The position numbers and the translations under genes were made by a program. 64,000 nt of DNA from Octopus bimaculoides. Taxonomy: Eukaryota. Under the pieces are notes generated by a model that was not told the DNA's origin, searched no databases, and saw nothing but the letters and a program-made list of their open reading frames with translations. The stretch lies in the NCBI RefSeq assembly GCF_001194135.2, contig NC_068990.1, forward strand, positions 17,683,712-17,747,711, written 5' to 3'. Positions 63,016 through 64,000 of the stretch are shown here, one piece after another (within the stretch, counting starts at the first letter, position 1; the number at the start of each line of letters is the position of its first letter).

Positions 63016-63819
63016 GACCATATTTCTTATGCAATACACTGCTGTGTGTTTTGATTAATTTTGAAAACAGTCAAAAATTTCGATGAATTTACTGAAATAA
63101 TTGGCTTTTTTATTATAAAATTAGTGTTTGGAACTTTATAAAAATGGTGAGAAATCATAAATACAATCACATTAAATTGTAACCCTCTTGATTCCAACCT
63201 GCTTGAGACTGCCTTTGGTTCCTTGATACTAGTTGCAGGTTTTAATATGGCCTAAATGAGGACCGTAGCATCATTATTGCATCAGACAAAATATTTAGTA
63301 GCATTTCTTCCAACTCTTTACAACTTGAGATCAAATTCTGCTAAAGTTGACTTTGCCTTTCATCCTTTTGGAGATAATAAAATATGTACTAGTTGATCAC
63401 TGAGGTCAATGAAATCAACTGACCCCTACCCCTAAAATTGCTAGCCTTGTACCAAAATTTGCAACAGTTCTTGTTTGAAACACCAAGTCAATAAGGACCA
63501 AGTTATTTCATTAAACTCTTCATTATTTTCTAAATTAATTGAACCAAAGGCTGTGTATTTCAACAGAAATATTTCAAAAGTTTTAAATATAAGGAAATAA
63601 TTTTATTCTCAAATGCAGGATGATTCTAATTAGCAATATCCTGCGTTTGAGAATAAAATTATTTCCTTATCTTTCAATACATCTCAACGATTCTAAAGCA
63701 AACTTTGTTTACTTTCATCATAATTTGAATTTAACATACGATAGTGTCTTAAAAAGTTTTAAAGTTTAAAATTGTGGTATGACCTGAATACTTCATTAAT
63801 TCCTCTTATATTTCTTTAG

Positions 63820-63972
63820 GGCTTAGTAGTGATGTCAAGTGACTTGGAGGCTGTTGTTTTAAATATTCTCAAAGGGAAAATCCCAGGCATGTGGATGAAC
63901 AAGTCATATCCATCGCTGAAACCTTTGGGAAGTTACATTACAGATTTCCTGAGCAGACTGAAGTTTTTACAG
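63820..63972 (+). CDS. DNAH7: Dynein heavy chain exon E31
   Basis: ctttag|GGC...CAG|gtatat; [10 protein letters not shown]...[27 protein letters not shown]; phase 0/0. Confidence 0.95.
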
Positions 63973-64000
63973 GTATATAAAATGCAGATTGTATAACAAT

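Overview
AT-rich animal genomic DNA with about 10 assembly gaps. The repeat landscape points to a coleoid cephalopod, most likely Octopus (inference). The whole window lies inside one + strand gene, an axonemal inner-arm dynein heavy chain (DNAH7-like). I traced 31 GT-AG exons (3069-63972; 5487 nt, 1829 codons) with consistent phases and no stops. They cover AAA3, AAA4, the stalk/microtubule-binding domain, AAA5, the buttress, AAA6 and the start of the C-terminal domain. One conserved phase-0/0 exon expected between 55119 and 61366 is not visible and probably lies in an N-gap. The introns are packed with repeats: several tRNA-derived SINE families, RTE LINE 3' ends, R4/Dong-like and HERO-like RLE LINE fragments, CR1-group remnants, four Tc1/mariner remnants, piggyBac-type and mariner-type MITEs, foldback elements and microsatellites. 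Most interesting: (1) three sense-strand hammerhead-ribozyme motifs in one intron, one with an intact core inside a 338-bp unit with a 69-bp terminal direct repeat between (TA)n tracts (candidate retrozyme or Penelope-like pLTR); (2) a small TIR element carrying a SAP-domain ORF with a SWIM-like remnant, with an empty-site paralog in the window; (3) two short local sequence copies in intron 26, one a perfect 51-bp copy of the next exon and one flanked by a perfect 20-bp direct repeat. All calls are by eye; no database searches were run.
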